Assembly: GCF_024521635.1 (NCBI RefSeq)
Contig: NW_026250405.1
Coordinates: forward strand, 1,550,001 to 1,614,000
Direction: 5' to 3'
DNA: 64,000 nucleotides
Source of the DNA: Tricharina praecox
Lineage: Eukaryota
Shown: positions 49,452 through 62,720 of the stretch, piece after piece
Position numbering within the stretch: position 1 is the first letter of the stretch
Layout: each line of letters begins with the position of its first letter
The notes under the pieces: generated by a model
Seen by the model: the letters and a program-made list of their open reading frames with translations, nothing else
Databases searched by the model: none
Told to the model about the DNA's origin: nothing
Program-made: the position numbers and the translations under genes

Positions 49452-52400
49452 TTGCTCCTCGACTCGACGAGACTCCTCGGCGGCAGCGGTGTGTAATGTG
49501 AAAGTGGAACGAGGGAGGTGCATATTCTACAGGGGTTTTTTTTTGGGCGAGGTTTAGAAGGAAAAGCATGAGACACAGACACTACATAATTTTTTGGCAA
49601 GAGCTTTGGGAGCTAGAGTTATCTACACACATAGTAAGACGAGTTAGTGTGGGCTCTCGCATATTGTTTTTTTTTGGCGGATGGGATGGAACGGTATCAC
49701 GGCTGGGTTGGTTCTGGTTCGGTTATGGCGCATCTTGTTGGGTTGGCATTTTTTTGTTTCATTTGACGATTTCTTTCATTGAGGTGTATCTAATGTAAAT
49801 ACGTGTTCTTTTTTTTTTGTTTGTTTGTTTGGGAATTTTCTTAGATGGTATCATAAGCAAACATAAAAGTCGCTTGTTGTCTTGTAACTACAACTACGGT
49901 CGATGGGAGGGGGGAGATTGGAGAGCTCGGCGTCTTTGCAGATATGTAGAGTACTCGTATGTACTCGTATGGAAAAGGGGGAGGGGATGTTAATGCACGC
50001 ATACATAGCCATGCCATGGGGGCCGAACTGATGCTGTGATGGAATAACTATCAGATAGCTGTTGGCACATTCTCTAGACCTCATCTGGCCAGCAAGTAAG
50101 TTAGCCATGCCCGCCAAATCCCGCCCTGCACAACCCACAAACTCACGCTCCGAAGCTACCTATGATAGTTGGCGGTAAACAGAGTATCAAAGCGCGGCCG
50201 GCCTCGATGTTGTCTGGCATGTAGAATATTTACATCATACACGTTACGATTCGGGGAAGGGGCCGGGAGGGTGGCGACGGGAACATGTGGAGACGGAGAG
50301 GGAAGAGGGAACATCCGTTGACATGATATGTAGAGCATGCAATGTACATAGCGAGCCAGTTTGTGGTAAGCGGTTTCACGATACATATCAGACCACGGGC
50401 CCATGGTTCACTTCAAGCCCGAGGCCGAGCCAGAGCCCGAGCTCCCCGCCACTCGATAGAAGACTCCAAGCCAATCCAAGCCAATCCAAGCGCAGTGCAC
50501 ACGGGCGGTCGGATTTCTAGAATGCGAGCTAGGTATGCGTACCGTCTATAGTTGCTAGTGGTTGGTTACTAGTTGCTAGTATTAGGGCCGGCAGCTGCCA
50601 TTGCACTACTCTACTATACAGACACGCTACGCCTCAGTTTTGGTACTCCTGGTACTCCAGGTACTCCAGGCCCCAGGGTGGCTCTGCTACAGGTATACAA
50701 GTAATTCTGCACGCGAGTTGAGTATGTACATACGCTCATCTAGAGCTTCCCATGCTTCAAGTTTCAAGCTTCAAGTTTTTCTCCCAGCTAGAAGTGACAA
50801 CCAGGTACCCTTACATGAGTATTTGTTAGTTAATAGGCCGCGTTTGTACACCATAGCCATGTGTTCTGTGTTCACGCCGCTCCGCCGACTAACTATAGAA
50901 CAGTAGTAACTAGCAGCGAGTAAGCCGAGCCTATAGATACTCGGACAGCAAGACAGCGTCACAGCGCGGAACGAGCGCGCGGGTGCTGCCAGGGAGAGGC
51001 GGTGACAGCTCCCGAAGGGACGGAGACGACGCCGAATGGAGACGAATTTCCTCCACACGAGATGTTTGTGGTAGTTACTTACGTATGTATAGGTAGTAGA
51101 TACCGTGTTCGCTGTCAATGCCACATCCAATACATACTCCGCCGCTCACATGCCTACGTATGTATCTACATACGGGGCGAAATTACAGACGTGTCTTTTC
51201 CGTGTCTTGTCCGTGTCGCGGGGGGGAAGGAAGAGGCGGGGCCCCGCGTGTTGACCTCTAGCTATTAGCTACAGGGCTCTGCCTAGGGCGAGCATTGAGA
51301 CACTGGGGGTATGCGCGCAGGGTGCTCGAGAGAAACAAAAATCGAGCTGGCTGGCCAGACAGCTCCCTGAGTCCCTGTGCCTCCCTCCAGCCACGCCGGG
51401 GGCTGCGTAATAGCTCGGTACCTACCGGTAGGTAACTGACTAGGTGTACAGTAAGCGCTACACATGCGGGAGTCTCGTCGGATATCCCGAGAGCTCGTAA
51501 ACCCACAAATCCGCAAACCCCCAGAGACATGCTGCCGTTTGCAGATCGCGAAGCGGAAGGCTGACTTCTGCGGCGTGCGGGACGCCCATCCATCCGGATG
51601 ATGTTGCCGTGGGTGGGTGGGTGGGCTGAGGTTGAATGGCAAAACGTGGAGCCGTTGAGACGACGGGGCACGTGGAGTTGGTGTTGGATGTTTTTATTTT
51701 GGCTGGTTGGTTGGTTGGTTTCGTTAGTGATAACATGTTAACTACTAGTGGAGTCGTGCCACCTTCAGATCGTGGGGTGAGTGAGAAAGAGGGGGGGAAT
51801 CTGCCGGGTCACCATACTAGGAGTCGGGCGCCAGTGCGTGGGGGTCACGTCATGCGCAGGCACTCGGTGATCTCGCGCACGCGGACGACGTGAGATTGTG
51901 TGATCCAGGAGGTGTGAGGATATGAGTTAAGAACCTCTTGCAGACTGCGAGAATGTATTCCGCCGTTGCCGACGGCTTTTTGATATTCCCGTAAGCCTGG
52001 TGCTACAAGCTGGAGAAGCTAGGGGGGACAGACACATTTGAAGGTGTCGGCTCCTACCTCATCCACTTCCGAAGAGCTACATACAGAAGCCTGGCATGCG
52101 CAAAGGTCGCTCTCTAAACGACCACTACAGTAGGGTGAACCATGTCCATTGGCGGCTGGGATGGACCTTGGTTCTAAGCTGCGCTTGCTTTGCGTTCAAA
52201 GTAGATATGTCTATCGCAAGCAGCGTTTAGATGTTCAGTACGGTAAGTCGCTGCAGGAGGTAGACGAGTTTCGTTCCGAGCCGTACTAGGTATAAACTTT
52301 GAAACTACTGCAAGTGGAGATAATCTAGGGAGGAGGAATACCAGAGGCAGGAGAAGCTTGAATGGTGCCTAGGTAGCCCGCTATCTTCCTCCAAAACATC

Positions 52401-54300
52401 GATTACAACAGCTCTAGGCCTTCCGTTGTGGCATGATCTCCTGTGCAGCCCGTAAAGCCTTCCACTCCCTCGGCATCTACCATCATCACTTTTGGCTCGA
52501 GAAGACGCCACCAAATGACCGATAGTTTCCCTTCCTTTCCCGGTACATACGACGACGACCACTGCACTGCACGAAAAACCACCCCCACTGCACTGCAAGC
52601 CCCCACGCAACACGGAATTCTAGCCGCAGCTAATCTCCACCATAGCACCGCCCCCATTCTCTAGCGACAGCGATCCGAACTCGCCCTATGCGGCATGGGA
52701 AAGCTTCTTATGAAAGAAAGTCGACGGTGTCGAGATCGCCACACTACCGACTCTAACTATCATACGTTTATTTTGTGGGGACGTGCACTCGTTTAGAGGA
52801 GTCCAGCCGACAGGCGATCCGAGTTGATAGTCTACATTTTATATATATGCGCGCTGATGGAGCCCAGCCCTGGCCGATGAGCACTGTACATAAGAATCTG
52901 ACCGTGGGCGTCTACATGGGCGTTGCCGTGCGCATCGATAACTCTGTGCCTAGGTAACTACGGTGAGACCGAAATGTTTCACCACATCCCAACGACTCCA
53001 CGACGAAGCCGATGTCGTTTCCCGGAGACAGGCCGCCCCACATTCAAGCGAGCAACCGCCCAACAACAACACCTCGTCGCCTGCACGGATCTGCGACACC
53101 GGGCTAATTGTCCCGAGACCATCCAGTACGTTACCAGAGTACTATGTGTGGATATGTACGAGACGAACAAGCACCGAGCCTATAGTTATCTACTTTATTC
53201 GCGCGAGGCGCAACACCGCGCTCAATTCCATGTGTGGCCGCGAGAGTGGGTGATATTGCATGCATAGACCACGCGATCAACTTCGTGAAAGTCTCATCAC
53301 CACCCTCGTTCTTCCCCCCGGTTCACAAAGTTGCGGACGCAGTAAATATCTAGGTTCATTGCGCTGAAGACATCGTTCGTCACTGAGCTGAAACGACTGT
53401 ACATAGCGTTTGACACGCGCGCATGTCTGCAGAGCCCGGCGAGTCCGCCGAGTTCCCGACTCCGAGTTCGAGGGTACATAGAGCCCACATTTTAATAGGT
53501 ACCGCATCTGGGTATGTACTCGACCATGAGGACCAGGCGCTAAGATGTTCAAATAAACTTGACGAGTGCCGGCGGGTGGCGCAAGGGTGGCGATTATCAC
53601 TTTCTTAGCCGATCGTTAGGCCAAACAACACCTACATACTAGTGATTACTTCATTGACGGTGCACGTGCAATGATAGTCCGAATATCCTCCTCTGGGTTA
53701 CGGGCGGTTTCGTTACCCTTCATGAGCAATCACTCCTGCCAAGTGTGTGGCGACGGCATCCAAAAACCTTCCCCACAAAGCCACATGCTTCTCATGGTCA
53801 CTCGTTAGGTTTATTCGAACATCTTGGCGCCCGGTTAAATTCGGTATCGCGATATCGAGTTTCCAATTGCCATCTGAATTCCCATATGTATGATATGTAC
53901 CGTCTTTTCTCGCCGAGTTCAACACCAAGTAATCATAAACAAAGTTCCACTCGGTAACGATGTAGCATTGATACTAAAATCTGCATCCTATACATTCGCA
54001 TCACTGCAGTTGCAGTTGCCCACGCATCAGCCCTTGTGAAAATAACGGTCTTCTGGATGCTGGTTGGTTGTTTCGTAGGCATCCGGTTTGCTGGCACCAG
54101 TTGACGTCACGCTTCTGATAAACCCTGGCCCTGTCGTCGACACGTCGCACCGCCAGCAGGCAGATGCGAAAAGAAAAAAACGAAAAACAATTGAAGAAGA
54201 AGAGGAGAAGAAGAACATCGACATTTCCCCCGGCATCGCCGTTTCCATCCTTCAAACCATCCGCCCATTGATATCGACATCGTCGTCGCCGAAAACAAAA

Positions 54301-55414
54301 ATGTTCGATACGCTCCTCTCGATGTCGGCGCTGCCGCTGCTGTTCACGTCCTACAACTCGTGGGGGACGTCGCTGAACCTGCTGTTCTTTTACATCACCT
54401 GGTCGACGCTGCTGCTGTCGCACCCGCCGATTAAAGTCGAGCTCATCGGCACCGCGCTGATCCGCGTGCTCTTCTACTGGCTGCCCACCGTGCTGTTCCT
54501 GTTCTTCGACGTGGCCATTCCGTCGCTCTCGAGAAGCATCAAGCTGCAGGGTGTGCGCGGGCTCGGCCAGGGCCGCGGTGGCGCGAAGGCCCTGCATAGA
54601 CTCAAGGTCGTCGCGTGGTCCTTGGTCAACATGATCCTCGGAATTGCAGTCCAGGGCGCTATCGAATACCTCTTCACAGAGATCCTCGGGAGGAAAAGTG
54701 CCCTCCGCATCGCGAGGGTGCTGCCCATGCCGGGAGAGCTGCTGTGGGGCGTGTTGCGTGGCGTGTTGTTGCGTGAGGTGCGTCAACTACTCTATCTAGA
54801 ATTCCGATCGACGGGAGCCGAGTAGAAAGAAAAAGAAAAAGAAAAAGAAAAAGAAAAAGAAAAAGCTAACGGGATGCCCGCCAGGTGTCGCAATACTACA
54901 TCCACCGCTTCCTCCTCCACGACGACGGCTACCTCGCGCGGGCGCACAAGAGCTGGCAGCACTCGATCTCAGCGCCGTGGTCGGCGGTGGCGCACTACGA
55001 CCATCCGGTGGCGTACGTGCTTGGCCGCGTGCTGCCGTGCTACCTTCCCGCGGTGATATTCCGATTCCACCTGTTGACGTGGTTCCTGTTCGTGGCGGTG
55101 GTATCAGTCGAGGAGGTCACCACGTTCAGCGGGTATTCCGCCGTGTATAGCATGCTCGGCGGCGCTACTAGGAGGACGGATCTGCATTTTGAGACGGATG
55201 GAGAGGTGGGTTTGGTGCTTTGAAGCGTGGGGTGACTGTGGTTTAGCCGCTGACAATGTGATAGGGAAACTTTGCGCCGTGGGGCTTGCTGGATTGGATC
55301 CATGGCACCACTGTTGGGAACGATATCAAGGACGATGTAGAGGAGGAGCTGGAACTTCAAGAGGAGAGGAGGGAGAGGCGGCGTAGCAGGCTGCGCGGGA
55401 AGAAGCGCGATTGA
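54301..55414 (+). CDS. Fatty acid hydroxylase/sterol desaturase superfamily protein; introns 54778-54884, 55206-55264
   Basis: SWGTSLNLLFFYITWSTLLLSHPP, QYYIHRFLLH, HKSWQH, AHYDHP, SGYS, GNFAPWGLLDWIHGT. Confidence 0.9.
54826..54865. repeat. (GAAAAA)n repeat in an intron
   Basis: Read directly. Confidence 0.85.
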
Positions 55415-57599
55415 GGAGGGATCTGTTAGAATATGCGGCATACGGAGTTGGCGGAGTTGGTGGAGTTGTTGGTGGCCCTTTACGTTTTTATGACTTGCTT
55501 ATCTACATTTTTGGATACTCTTATGGCGAATTCCTATCACAGTCCTGGTGCGGACTAGTTTTCGCGTGATCACTGATGGTGATGGGGTTCTAGGAGGACA
55601 GGCGTCAAGTACCGGTAGGTATTACTACACTGAATGAGAAGACCCCTATCACCGGTATCAGGAGTATCCCACATGCTACTACTATAGACGGCTATAGCAA
55701 CATCTCATATCTTTTATTGATGGGATATCTATAATCAGTACTGACGGTATCAAGGTTAGCGCAATATTCTGCATCATAGTCGATCATACATGTTCCGTTG
55801 TGACCATCCCCGATTCCCCGATTCCCCAGAGTTCCCAGCCACGAATCACGATTTGACGGCTTCCGCAACTGAACACTCCGCCCCTACCGCGCACTTCATT
55901 TTTCGGATCCGAACATCTTCCTCATGCCTACGCGATATATACTTAATACCAGATCACGAGCCCTCACAACCGGCTGTAGAGTATCGAATCGGGTCTGGAT
56001 GGTTAGAAAACCCCCAAACGGCGGCGTGCTGAGCAGTAGCTGAGTGCAGCCCACCGGGCTGGGTGCCATGTCTCTCGCGGCTACAGTCTTCCACGGCCCT
56101 CCACGGTCTTCCATGCAGCGATGTAGCATGCTCCCCGAGATTTTAATGCGGTTCTGTGTCGCATTTGTGTTGCATGCGGCATTCCCTAGAGGTATGTAGG
56201 TATATATGCACACTCGTTGTGAGTGACCTGGACGGCTAGGGGCTACCCGGGGCCCGGGCTGGTGGCTACTTATGTGCTCTATTGGAACGACGGGTGCGCC
56301 ATCGAGGATGGTTCATGATATTCCTGGTTTTATGGACGAAGACTCGACAGCCTTCGGGACGCAGACCTTGAAATTGTTGGCAGCGCAGGCGCGTCTTCCA
56401 GCAATAGGTCCCGGTAGGTATGTGCAGTGCGTTGCACCGGAACTTGCCTCCGTAAACAGCAATTGTCGTCGCTTCTTTGGAGATCATGGCGCTCCTTTAC
56501 ATTCGCTGGGTATATCGAGAAGGGGGGAGGAGGAGACACCCGGTCTTACGATGATTAAAGCTACTTACTGACTCGCCCTCATCGTTCTACACTCACTTTC
56601 GGGCTGTCACTCGCGTTCATTTGTGCGTTATATGTACACTACTTTGATATAACCAACTGAAATAGAGTAAGGACCTTGCCGGCAAACAAACTATTGTAAA
56701 GCACCAAGCGTAGGTATATGAAGTGGGTAAATACCTCTGGCAGTCTTCCTTGATGTGGGTCTGTATGCAATCCAGCTGCGATGGCTTCTCGCAGAGTCGT
56801 AGTTCGTTATATGCACATACATATACTCAGTAGATGGAGCGTATCGACCAACCTGCGTTTCTTGTCATCTGCGACCAGTCAATAGTTACCGTAGTAGTAC
56901 CACTGGCACCCAGAGGGCCAGACCGAGGGCCAGACCAGAGGCCGAGTGAATTTCCAGCCAGCCAGCGAAGGATGATGACGACGCAGTGAATGCGAGATCT
57001 CGGCCCCCGACAGTCGCCTGTCGAGCCAAGCGCCAGACTTCATGACGTCTAAGTACTACGGTAGGTAGGTGTCTCCTTCGGAGTTCCGAGTGACAAATCC
57101 CACGAAGGCCATCGATGCCCCAGATGTATATGTATGTAGAGAGCACGACAACATCATCAGCATGGGTACGTAGGTATTGTTTCGCGACTCATCCGACCTG
57201 CTGTTGTCCTTTCGACACGAGCCCGTACTCGTACATAGACGCACGCACGCAATGTTAGTCTTTCACTCCGACATCTCCGACGTCTCCGGGAATAACGCCG
57301 TTAAGGCTCTATGTAGAACTGATTGGCGTGGCGGGCAAGAGATAGGCGTTATGTACTCTAGGTAGGCAGGGCCATAGCGAAGCGGCCGCCACGCATGCAT
57401 CGCGCGGGCGCAGTGCCGTCGATGGAATGGAATCCCTTCAATTCATCCAGCACCTTCCATCCATCCACTCACTCTCTCTGGCACAGCGCTGTCCAACAGG
57501 CTTCAAGCTTCCGTCTACGTCGATCTACGGAGCGGGCTGGGACTATCCGATTATCTATCTACACTGTATAGTGCTCACCTGCCATGTCTCACATACAAA

Positions 57600-57690
57600 T
57601 CCTCCGTGGCGCAATTGGCTAGCGCGTTCGACTGTTAAGCATCCATGTTCGGCGATCGAGAGGTTGGTGGTTCAAGCCCACCCGGAGGAG
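57600..57690 (+). tRNA. tRNA-Asn(GUU) with a ~17-nt intron
   Basis: TCCTCCG TG GCGC AATTGGCTA GCGC G TTCGA CT GTT A [intron] A TCGAG AGGTT GGTGG TTCAAGC CCACC CGGAGGA G followed by a TTTTT terminator. Confidence 0.93.
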
Positions 57691-60009
57691 TTACTTTTTG
57701 CCGATCCCGGCTAGGGTCCCCAAATTTTGTTGCAACTCACGCAAGATCAAAGACTAAGTCCCCGATCGGATGATACATGACTACCACTTGTTCGGTTCGG
57801 CAATCATCACCATCACCACCTCCGCCCCCAATACGACCATGCGTATGTACATATGGAGGATGATCCGATAGGAGACGATGATGGGAGTTTTTTGACTCGA
57901 CATTTACGACGTCGTACAAAGTTCGCGGAGTGCTACGGTGGTGCTAGTGATCGGGAGATGCAAACATCACAAACCAGAGAACGGGATATGATTTGCACGG
58001 TTGTTATATATGTGATGTGTTATGCGATGCTCCGCATCGCTACTGGCTGGCTGGCAACGAGAGTGGATGCGCGCCGAGCTCGAGGCGAGAGGTGAGAGGC
58101 GAGCGATCGAAAAATCAAGCATCGAGCGTGCGGATCAAGTGTCGATGCATGTGTGTGTGTGGGTGCTTCGATATTTGTTTGTTGACGATCAGACGAAGAG
58201 GAAGAAGAACGAGGTGGAGGACTCAAGAGAGCCCACTGCCCACTGCCCAGGGCGCGATGGTGATCGGGTTGGAGATATGATACCACCGTGGCAAGTTGGA
58301 AGTCACAACACAGCGCCCCCATCTCACGCAAGAGCTTGGTATTCTACCGGTATCGTAGGTACTAGTGGTACCGGTAGAGCCCTTTCGCACACGAGCCCTC
58401 CAGCCTGAACGGCGAGTATGTAGATATCTTCTTACATATCATACAAACGAGACTTCCACGGCTTTCCAGCTCGCTACTATAAACTTCACTTTATCCCCGG
58501 TACCGTCAGCACTTGCACTCCGCATACCCAAGTAAGTACCGGGACTCCATGTGTGTATCTACACACCACGCCGACCACGACTTCACATGCCCCGGGAAGG
58601 GATGCCCCACTGCCAGCCTCCAGGAGTCCAGGGAGGGAGACCAGTGATTTACCGTAGTTACCCCGCATATGTATGTTGGTAATATGTAGGTAACTATGTA
58701 GTCCGCACCATGGGAACCAATAGCGAGACGCGATTTCCTTATCTATCGCCCAGGAGAAAAAAAACTTGCTGTTTCTGGTCTGGACCTTGGAGTAGATCCG
58801 ACGGTTGGGGATTTAGCCCTAGCTCGAGAACGCTTGGGGGCCCGGAGGGGGCTGCGTCACCTTGATCGTGTGTGGGGGGCGGGATGCGTGTGTGTCTGCG
58901 GAATTCGAATGCAGGGCGAAAGGAGGGAGGGAAAAGAAACGGCGAACACACATACATATGCGAAAAACTGGATGACGGCCATGGGGGTTTGCGGCTGTTG
59001 TTGGCTGGCTGGCTGGCGGGCTGGCAGGCTGGAGTGAAGTCGGCGACTTGCGATCGAGAGAGTGGGATATGTAGCTTTTTTTCACCGCGACAGCCACAGC
59101 AACCCATTATTATTACCCGCGGAAAAGGAGGAAAGAGCGGCGGAAGAGGAAAAGGGCGGCGGAACTTAAACAAACGGACGTTGGCGGTGGAGGTGGAGAT
59201 GGTGGTGGTCGGTAAAGGCTCTCCTACGGAATTGCAGAGGGAGAGAAGACGGTTCGAAGCGCGAGGGATCACGAGAATCAGAGCGTGAATTGCATCACGA
59301 GAATCGAATCTCCAGAACTCCCAAGCTCCGGCATCACTGTAGGCTTGTGTAGAGTACCGTAGAGTAGTCAAGACTTCTTAATCAATACGGCTTGGCTTTG
59401 GGAGGCGTTTCCCCGCGATCGCCGTTTTACCAAACCAAACAAATCACGATTCGTGATTGTATCCGTCCCGAGGCTCCATAGGTCCAAGACAACATATTTC
59501 ACGGTTGCATCTCTCGTGGTGGTGGTGGTTGCAGGCAGGCACACATTGCCAGCGACAGGCTAAGCGCAACCGGGAAATCCCGACCTAGCACACTTATGCT
59601 CACCAAGCAAAAAGACACTAAAAAAAAAGATTGTTCGGCCTGCGAACCAGCCCGCCCTCCGACTTCTTCCACCACTTCCCGCCCCAACTCGACGCTATTA
59701 CACCACCATCCATCCATCCATCTGCTCTATCTTGCTCACGCCATTCAATCCCACAATCGTGATACCTACCTGTCATCGTATAGAGTACCTACACTCAATT
59801 TCCAAGCCGTCCGTCCCGTCTTAAGAACCCCCCTTCTCCCCCACCACTCCAACGAAGGTCAGAAAGCATCCTCCGTCAACTTCACCATTCACTACTACCA
59901 CCACACCATCCACCGCTACCACTACAAATACCCGCCGTAAAACAACCACATCCATCCATCTCCCCACAACACTATCATCACCTTCACTCTCCACCCTCCG
60001 CCTCTCGAA

Positions 60010-60420
60010 ATGATTCCCTCCAAGATTGCCCGCGCTGCCACCCAGCACCGCACTCCCCTCATCTCCTTCCTCGGCAAGCGCACAATCCCTCGTACGTATC
60101 CCCCGGCCTCAGGCGGTTGACTCCGCTCTCCCGATCCCGTACTGACAAACTCTGCAGAGAACATCGACCACACCCCGCGGCCACACCCGCAGTCGCCGAC
60201 CGGCGCACTCCCCACCAGCTTCGCCGAGTACCGCAAGACGGCCATCCAGCACGGCCCCTTGGCCAGCCAGCCAGCCGCCCAGACCGCCCGCGGCACAATT
60301 GAAGCTTCGGTCGGCGAGTTCTTTGACCGCAATCAGCTGCCCCGCCGCTTCTGGCGCATGACCATGTCCCCCAAGGAGATGGAGATCATCGAGAGCGGCG
60401 GTGCCGCCGCCTGGGCTTAA
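60010..60420 (+). CDS. KGD4: Alpha-ketoglutarate dehydrogenase subunit 4 (YMR31/MRPS36 family); intron 60092-60157
   Basis: HRTPLISFLGKRTIP|ENIDHTPRPHPQSP..SFAEYRKTAIQHGPL..GEFFDRNQLPRRF..EMEIIESGGA. Confidence 0.92.
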
Positions 60421-60687
60421 ACGCTCACCTTTCTTCCTTCTTTCCTACGGTTCGCAAGTCATGGCGGTGCTTGGTTGAGGTGGAAAAAGCTGTGATTTCT
60501 TTTCTTTCTCTAATGGAACGGATATACCAACGGACGGATCGGCGGACGGATGGATGCATGGACAGATGGATGCACGGACGGACGGATGCGTTGGATTTCA
60601 TTCCCGGGTTTGGGACACGATTGCTACCGGCACGATAACGAGGATACGGCGTTCAGTTCTCACTTTACAAAAATACCTACCGCCTCC

Positions 60688-60725
60688 GCACCACCACCAC
60701 CACCACCACCACCACCACCACCACA
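60688..60725. repeat. (CAC)n microsatellite, ~12 copies
   Basis: Read directly. Confidence 0.9.
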
Positions 60726-62050
60726 ATGATGAGCGGCAACGGAGGCGGATCATTTTCTTTTTTTCTTTTCTACGATTCTATTGTATAGTCTCCTTTCTCT
60801 TTTGTCGGGTTGGTTTCTTATGGAGTTTTGTTTCGTTTTTGATCCTTCCACTTCTTCGCAAGCTAGTTTCGCAGGAGGGAGGGGAGGTGGATTCTACATA
60901 CCTATGGCATTTTGTACATACTATTCCGTGCTGTTGAGGAATCCGAGCAGAGTTTCTGTGCATACCAGCCCCCCCGTGATTTGATATCAGTGAGGTGTGT
61001 CGCGTCATACTCGATAAGCCTACTTGAACGATTGGCTTGAGCCTCGCAAAAGCTTATCTGTAAAATGGATGGGTTCACCTTGCTATTCTTAATTATTAAT
61101 AGGAGCGGGCCGTTATGGGCAATGAGAATTGGGCGCTGGGAGCTCTGCGCAGTGCGAGTCTGCGGCTGAAAGGGGGGGAGGGGAGGAGGCGGGGGATGGT
61201 CTGTGCGGCGGCATGCGGGGAGACGACGTGTGATTGACTTTCAGGTATGTACCGGTATCTACCATATGTAGAGTACAGTAGATGGATGGAGGAGATCTGC
61301 AACGCACCGGTTACCCGAGTACTCTATGTATGTATTCTTCTTCTCCTTCTCTGTTTCAACTTCAAGATCATCAGCCCACGACAGTCACGTCAGGACTCAG
61401 GGCATTCGGAATCGGAATCTCTTCCAAGTTCCATGCAAGGCGCCGTGGCCCGTAACTACTCTGCTACACAGCTGCACAGCGCAAACTTAAACATTTCAAC
61501 ATCCCGCCGCGGAAGGTGGAATAACCACGCATGCCAAAACACCGTACACGCAGTTGCGACGTCCTCCACTGCTCCGCAATCACCCGATGAGAAGGGAATT
61601 ATCCGTAACCACCCGATGAGAAACGAATTCTCCAGACTGACCAAGGATCAGTCAGCCCATGCCGTATGATCTCCGGTACATACCCGTCCGTACCTACCTA
61701 TTACCTGTCTATTACCTTGCAAATTGCGCTGCCTTCAGGCTGCAGCATACATATTATGGGGATATCATGGGGATAGCGAAACGGAATGCAGGTGGAAAAT
61801 CTCAGCTCTGCAACGTCGGAGGTCTGGTCTCCTATCGTAAGCCTGTCCTTTCGTTCGTTCGTTCTTTCGTTTTGTTCGTTCGTTCGTTTTGGGGGGATCT
61901 GCAACAGCGAAAATCGGATGGTTAGGATGGTGGGAAGGGAAGGAAAGGGGGAGTGCACACTGCACGTTTCGCCGGGGATCTGGGGATCCGGATCGGTGCT
62001 GTTACCTACAGACATAGAGTACCAACATAGTACTGGGTCGGTATGGTAGG

Positions 62051-62188
62051 TAGAGAGGTTGTATGGCAACGGAACCTGTATGCCATGAGAATTTCCGGAC
62101 TCTAACTAACCCAATTGGACCTAGACTGATCTCTTAGCGTCCGGAAATTCTCATGGCATACAGGTTCCGTTGCCATACAACCTCTCTA
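62051..62188. mobile_element. 138-bp foldback element/MITE: perfect 50-bp inverted repeat (including flanking TA) with a 38-bp spacer
   Basis: 62051-62100 is the exact reverse complement of 62139-62188. Confidence 0.85.
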
Positions 62189-62720
62189 GTACAATACATG
62201 CCATCGCACGAGTGCGTTGTGCGACATGTGCGCGACATCACTCTGTCACTCGTTGCCCGGCGTTCTCAAGCTGTGAAATTCGGCCCTTTGGTGCTGGTCA
62301 CTGCTGCCACTGCCATTACGATTCTTCGATCATACCTACCGTATCCGCCGCTTGCCGTCGCCTGGCTGGGTTCGCAATCGCCCACCCCGCCACTCGTATG
62401 TACGGCAACCCGCACAATCGCTGGCCCATCTGGCACCACCCCCGGCGTCTCCATGACCGAGTTCATGTCCACTACCACCACCACCACCATCACCACCACC
62501 TCGGCTCTTGCTACGGAAACCGTTACCTTTACCGTCACCGTTACCGTTACCCATTCCCGCGATCATTCGGAAGTCTACTATGTAGATACGCAAGCGCACA
62601 TCCGCTGTGTATCATTCGGCGACTGCCGCGTCTCCAGATTTTCTATCATCGACTCGAGCCGATTGAACTCATCACCTGCTTGAGTGGACTCATCCCATGG
62701 GAGCGATTACTACGTAGCAG

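Noticed and set aside
56272..56571. ORF containing HDIPGFMD, similar to a GTPase DTPG motif
   Set aside because: No P-loop or other G motifs; cannot be supported
134..60420. Premature TAG codons needing A-to-I editing, or stop read-through signals
   Set aside because: All recognised genes could be spliced into open frames, and no TGA-CTA context or cryptic PTS1 was noticed at the stops examined
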